From sequence record MK759854: a stretch of DNA of 44,605 bases. One strand, written 5' to 3'. The DNA is from Shigella phage DS8. The notes under the pieces are model-generated. The model ran no database searches and was not told the origin of the DNA. It saw only the letters and a list, made by a program, of their open reading frames with translations. Position numbers and translations under genes: made by a program. This document shows, in pieces, positions 41,918 to 44,605 of the stretch (positions are counted from its first letter, which is position 1; every line of letters begins with the position of its first letter).

Positions 41918-42454
41918 CTACAGACGCATCGGCATAACAACAATCTTCGCAGTCTCGCCAGATGGCGCATTAAGGCAGCAAACGGCGGCATTTGTATTCC
42001 CATTCAATTCAAACTTAACGCCACAGAATTTAGGATTAAACAGCTTCGACACTTTCTCGATATCCACGAGATAACCAGCATTGAAGCCAATTTCCTCTGC
42101 TGCTTTAGTTTCCTTTGGTATCGCGCGGTCAATATCAGGGAATATACCATCAATCTCTTCGCAGATACCAGAACCAACCATCGCGCCAGTTTCATCATGA
42201 TACGTTGCAATTTTCGACTTTGTATCAATGATGGCGTACTCATAACGTTTTGTTGGAGATTTACCAATCTTGATAATCACATTTTCTGTCAGCTTATTGT
42301 CATGACTGCAGCCAATGAATGCGCGATGACCATCAGTTGAGGCAATGCGACCATCAGGCATGAAGCAGATGCCGTTCAGGTAGTAGCGCACATCATTACG
42401 CGCCTTAAATATTAATGCCGACTCAAGTAATAATTTGCTGATTTTTAGTTTCAT
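41918..42454 (-). CDS. truncated beta sliding clamp (DnaN) homolog: domain II plus C-terminal part of domain III
   Basis: 178 aa; colinear with E. coli DnaN from about residue 140 as I recall it: DVRYYLNG, TDGHRA, DG.FPD, EIGFN..Y.LD and the exact C-terminus VVMPMRL; no domain I. Confidence 0.6.
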   Translation of the reverse strand: MKLKISKLLLESALIFKARNDVRYYLNGICFMPDGRIASTDGHRAFIGCSHDNKLTENVIIKIGKSPTKRYEYAIIDTKSKIATYHDETGAMVGSGICEEIDGIFPDIDRAIPKETKAAEEIGFNAGYLVDIEKVSKLFNPKFCGVKFELNGNTNAAVCCLNAPSGETAKIVVMPMRL

Positions 42455-42624
42455 CACTTCACCTTAATCATGTGTTGTTTTGCAACCTTCAGGCATTCTT
42501 CAAAAATGCCACCCTTCTTTGCGCTCTGATTGCGCTTGTAATACTGGATTGCCACATCAATTGCCATCTGGTCGATATCTGGCAGCTTAGCGCGCAGTTG
42601 CTTGACGAGAAAATCATAAACGTT
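42454..42624 (-). CDS. small protein (56 aa), hypothetical
   Basis: Hand-found ORF, GTG start with GGAG RBS 6 nt upstream; TGATG-coupled to the DnaN-like gene. Confidence 0.3.
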   Translation of the reverse strand, partial: NVYDFLVKQLRAKLPDIDQMAIDVAIQYYKRNQSAKKGGIFEECLKVAKQHMIKVK

Positions 42625-43105
42625 CACTTTTTACTCCGTGATTCTCGTGATATCCAGTTGAAGTTTCAGCTTTTTCTCTGGCTGATATTGCATCTTCTTT
42701 ATTGGCAAAAAAACCAATATGCATCTTTGATACATAAGCCCTCCATAACCCACTCTTCCTGTCAAAGCTAACGCCAGTTCTTCCTGATTTGTTATTTTTC
42801 TGCCTGCTGAGATTTCTGTGGTTCTCTATATGGCTCACCAGCCTTAAGTTTTCAATGCGGTTATCATCACGAATATGGTTAATGTGATCAATTTGCATCC
42901 CGTCAGGGATTGGTCCATTAAACATCTCCCATATAATTCTGTGAGCCAAGAACTTTTTGTAATCAACGCATATGATTACATATCCTGTATTTGCAATTGT
43001 CCCAGCTAAAGAGCCACTTAGCATTTTTCTTTTTTGGTGCTTCCACCTAAGCGCCCCATTATCATAATGAAAAATATCACCCCAATTTATTTTAGTTGTG
43101 TTCAT
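42614..43105 (-). CDS. HNH homing endonuclease with AP2 DNA-binding domain
   Basis: IDHINHIRDDNRIENLRLVSHIENHRN (HNH) followed by GVSFDRKSGLWRAYVSKMHIGFFANKEDAISAREKA (AP2-like); ATG 43105 with GGAG RBS. Confidence 0.7.
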   Translation of the reverse strand: MNTTKINWGDIFHYDNGALRWKHQKRKMLSGSLAGTIANTGYVIICVDYKKFLAHRIIWEMFNGPIPDGMQIDHINHIRDDNRIENLRLVSHIENHRNLSRQKNNKSGRTGVSFDRKSGLWRAYVSKMHIGFFANKEDAISAREKAETSTGYHENHGVKSERL

Positions 43106-43914
43106 CACATCTTCTCCAGAATTGCCATAACCTCGTGAATATCAGCAACAGGAATCTGGATAAATTCCTCATCCTCAGCCACCACATGGCCAGCAGGTAG
43201 AATCACGTGGTCTGCTGGCTTCAGTAACTCAATCAGGCGGTCCACTGGCTTAATCTTTTTCGACTTCAGCACCTTTGCTGTGACCTTTTCTTTGCCTTGC
43301 GCCTTCGCTTCTTCTACTGCCTCGTCGATAACTTTAACCGCATCATCGCCATGCTCACGCGTTACCGCTACGGCATTTGCATAGCTGATTTGCCCTGCAC
43401 TGATGCGCGCTTTTACTTCTGCTGGCACATCACCAAGCGACAGATGCATTTGCACGTCAGATACTGAACGACCTACCTTTTTGGCGATTTCTTCATTCGT
43501 CCAGCCAAAGCCTTTCAGTCTCGTGTAAGCCTTTGCACGCTCAAACGGGTCGAGCTGCTTACCCTGGCTGGATGACACCATGAAGGCGATTTTGTCTGCT
43601 TCGTCTCCAGTGAAGTCCTTACACTCAATGCGAACGATTGGTGCGCCGCGCTCAATGGCACGCAGTGCACCGAGATAGCGATGCTGACCATCAAGAATGC
43701 GGATTCCCTTCTCGTCTGGAATAACTGTTAATGCTGGCAATGGCTGACCTGATTCCCAGCACTGCGCGAAATATTCAACGTGCTGCTCGTCTGCTTCGCG
43801 GATGTTGTATCCCGGCTCCAGATAGATTTGCTCAACTGGCACTAGATAGGTTTTGTTAACAGCGATACCGTTGCGCGTTTCTTTGTCTGAATAGATTTTG
43901 CTGAGTGTTTTCAT
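43105..43914 (-). CDS. ParB-like nuclease-domain (ParB/Srx fold) protein
   Basis: IRILDGQHRYLGALRAI matches the ParB N-terminal domain core; ATG 43914 (alternative GTG 43926). Confidence 0.6.
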   Translation of the reverse strand: MKTLSKIYSDKETRNGIAVNKTYLVPVEQIYLEPGYNIREADEQHVEYFAQCWESGQPLPALTVIPDEKGIRILDGQHRYLGALRAIERGAPIVRIECKDFTGDEADKIAFMVSSSQGKQLDPFERAKAYTRLKGFGWTNEEIAKKVGRSVSDVQMHLSLGDVPAEVKARISAGQISYANAVAVTREHGDDAVKVIDEAVEEAKAQGKEKVTAKVLKSKKIKPVDRLIELLKPADHVILPAGHVVAEDEEFIQIPVADIHEVMAILEKM

Positions 43915-43915
43915 A

Positions 43916-44107
43916 TTATTCACCACTTTCTTCTAATAAAAGTTCATAGTTTGCAATGTACGCATTAGCCAGATGATATATTTGCTCTGCGGCACAACGC
44001 TCTGGCACGCTAAAGTCATCAATAGAACCAGCATTGCTGAGTGCATCAACACAATTTCGGAAATCATCCATAGTATTTCGAAACATACAGTAGGACATGT
44101 TTGCCAT
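43916..44107 (-). CDS. small acidic protein, hypothetical
   Basis: 63-aa ORF with GAGGAG RBS. Confidence 0.4.
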   Translation of the reverse strand: MANMSYCMFRNTMDDFRNCVDALSNAGSIDDFSVPERCAAEQIYHLANAYIANYELLLEESGE

Positions 44108-44109
44108 GA

Positions 44110-44370
44110 TTACTCCTCATCACCCTGAAAAATGCCGCCAAACTCTTCTACCAGCTCATCAATACATTGGTCCGCCTCAGCGCAATTACCAGCAGCACAA
44201 AGCAGAATATCAGCCGCCTCATCATCAGGAATGTTGATTGCCGAGAAGAACTCAACAATGCACATTTTCACAACCTGATATTCACCTTCTGTCTGGCATG
44301 ATGCGAAACTGCAAGCGACCGCATCAATCAGCTTGGCTTTGTCATCACTTGGGTTATCAATATCAAACAT
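44110..44370 (-). CDS. small highly acidic protein, hypothetical
   Basis: 86 aa, strongly Asp/Glu-rich; GAGGTGA RBS; first gene of the leftward operon. Confidence 0.4.
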   Translation of the reverse strand: MFDIDNPSDDKAKLIDAVACSFASCQTEGEYQVVKMCIVEFFSAINIPDDEAADILLCAAGNCAEADQCIDELVEEFGGIFQGDEE

Positions 44371-44397
44371 TTCATCACCTCTAACATTTATTGTTGT

Positions 44398-44455
44398 TTC
44401 TACGTCATCACTATAAACACACCATCAATCTACGTCAACAGGAATATGCTAAAAT
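44398..44455. promoter_or_regulatory. divergent promoter region: two motif copies and extended -10 TGCTAAAAT
   Basis: TTCTACGTCATC (44398-44409), CAATCTACGTCAACA (44426-44440), TGCTAAAAT (44447-44455); same motif-to--10 spacing as the lysis promoter. Confidence 0.4.
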
Positions 44456-44477
44456 CATGCTAATTAAACAACAGGAG

Positions 44478-44605
44478 ATTTAAACATGGGTTCAACCAAT
44501 TCGCCGTCTCGTTCACGCGCAACTGGCAACACTAAAACTGGCGGCAAAACTGGCGCAGTGAAGCCAAACGGCTCTACCCGCTCACCATCGCGCGGTAAGA
44601 AATAA
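44478..44605. repeat. second copy of the 128-bp terminal duplication (identical to 1-128)
   Basis: Exact identity with window start; contains the small ORF 44486-44605. Confidence 0.9.

Overview
The window appears to be a complete, circularly closed genome (~44.48 kb unit; nt 1-128 are identical to nt 44478-44605) of a tailed dsDNA phage with enterobacterial-like composition. It is a siphovirus type: lambda-like tail module (major tail protein with Ig-like C-terminus, tape measure, M/L/K-like proteins, an I-J-like tip protein, tail spike with a C-terminal S74-type chaperone domain) and a headful-type large terminase. I found no integrase or cI-like repressor, so it is probably virulent. Layout: head-tail joining genes (1-2365), an 840-bp ORF-poor region, the tail module (3209-14882) interrupted by a 1.2-kb antisense island of small genes, a leftward recombination/replication module (SSB, ERF-type annealing protein, PD-(D/E)XK exonuclease, VRR-NUC, SF2 helicase, HNH endonuclease, P-loop ATPase, AP2-domain protein, plus a rightward primase-like gene), a control region with palindromes and an AT-rich core (24070-24530), rightward early genes, TerS/TerL, a six-gene island between TerL and portal, portal and MuF-like protein, a lysis cassette (degenerate GH24 lysozyme remnant, lambda R-like transglycosylase, membrane protein, Rz with embedded Rz1), divergent small-gene operons (35-38.4 kb), capsid assembly genes, and a leftward operon (41.9-44.4 kb). 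The most striking item is in that last operon: a 178-aa homolog of the bacterial beta sliding clamp (DnaN) that lacks domain I and half of domain III but keeps the residues of the clamp's peptide-binding cleft, next to a ParB-like nuclease-domain protein and small acidic proteins. A conserved ~11-bp motif (ATCTACGTCAA / TTGACGTAGAT family) recurs at eight or more intergenic sites. All family assignments are from reading the translations and recalling motifs; no database search was possible, and start codons are approximate where stated.
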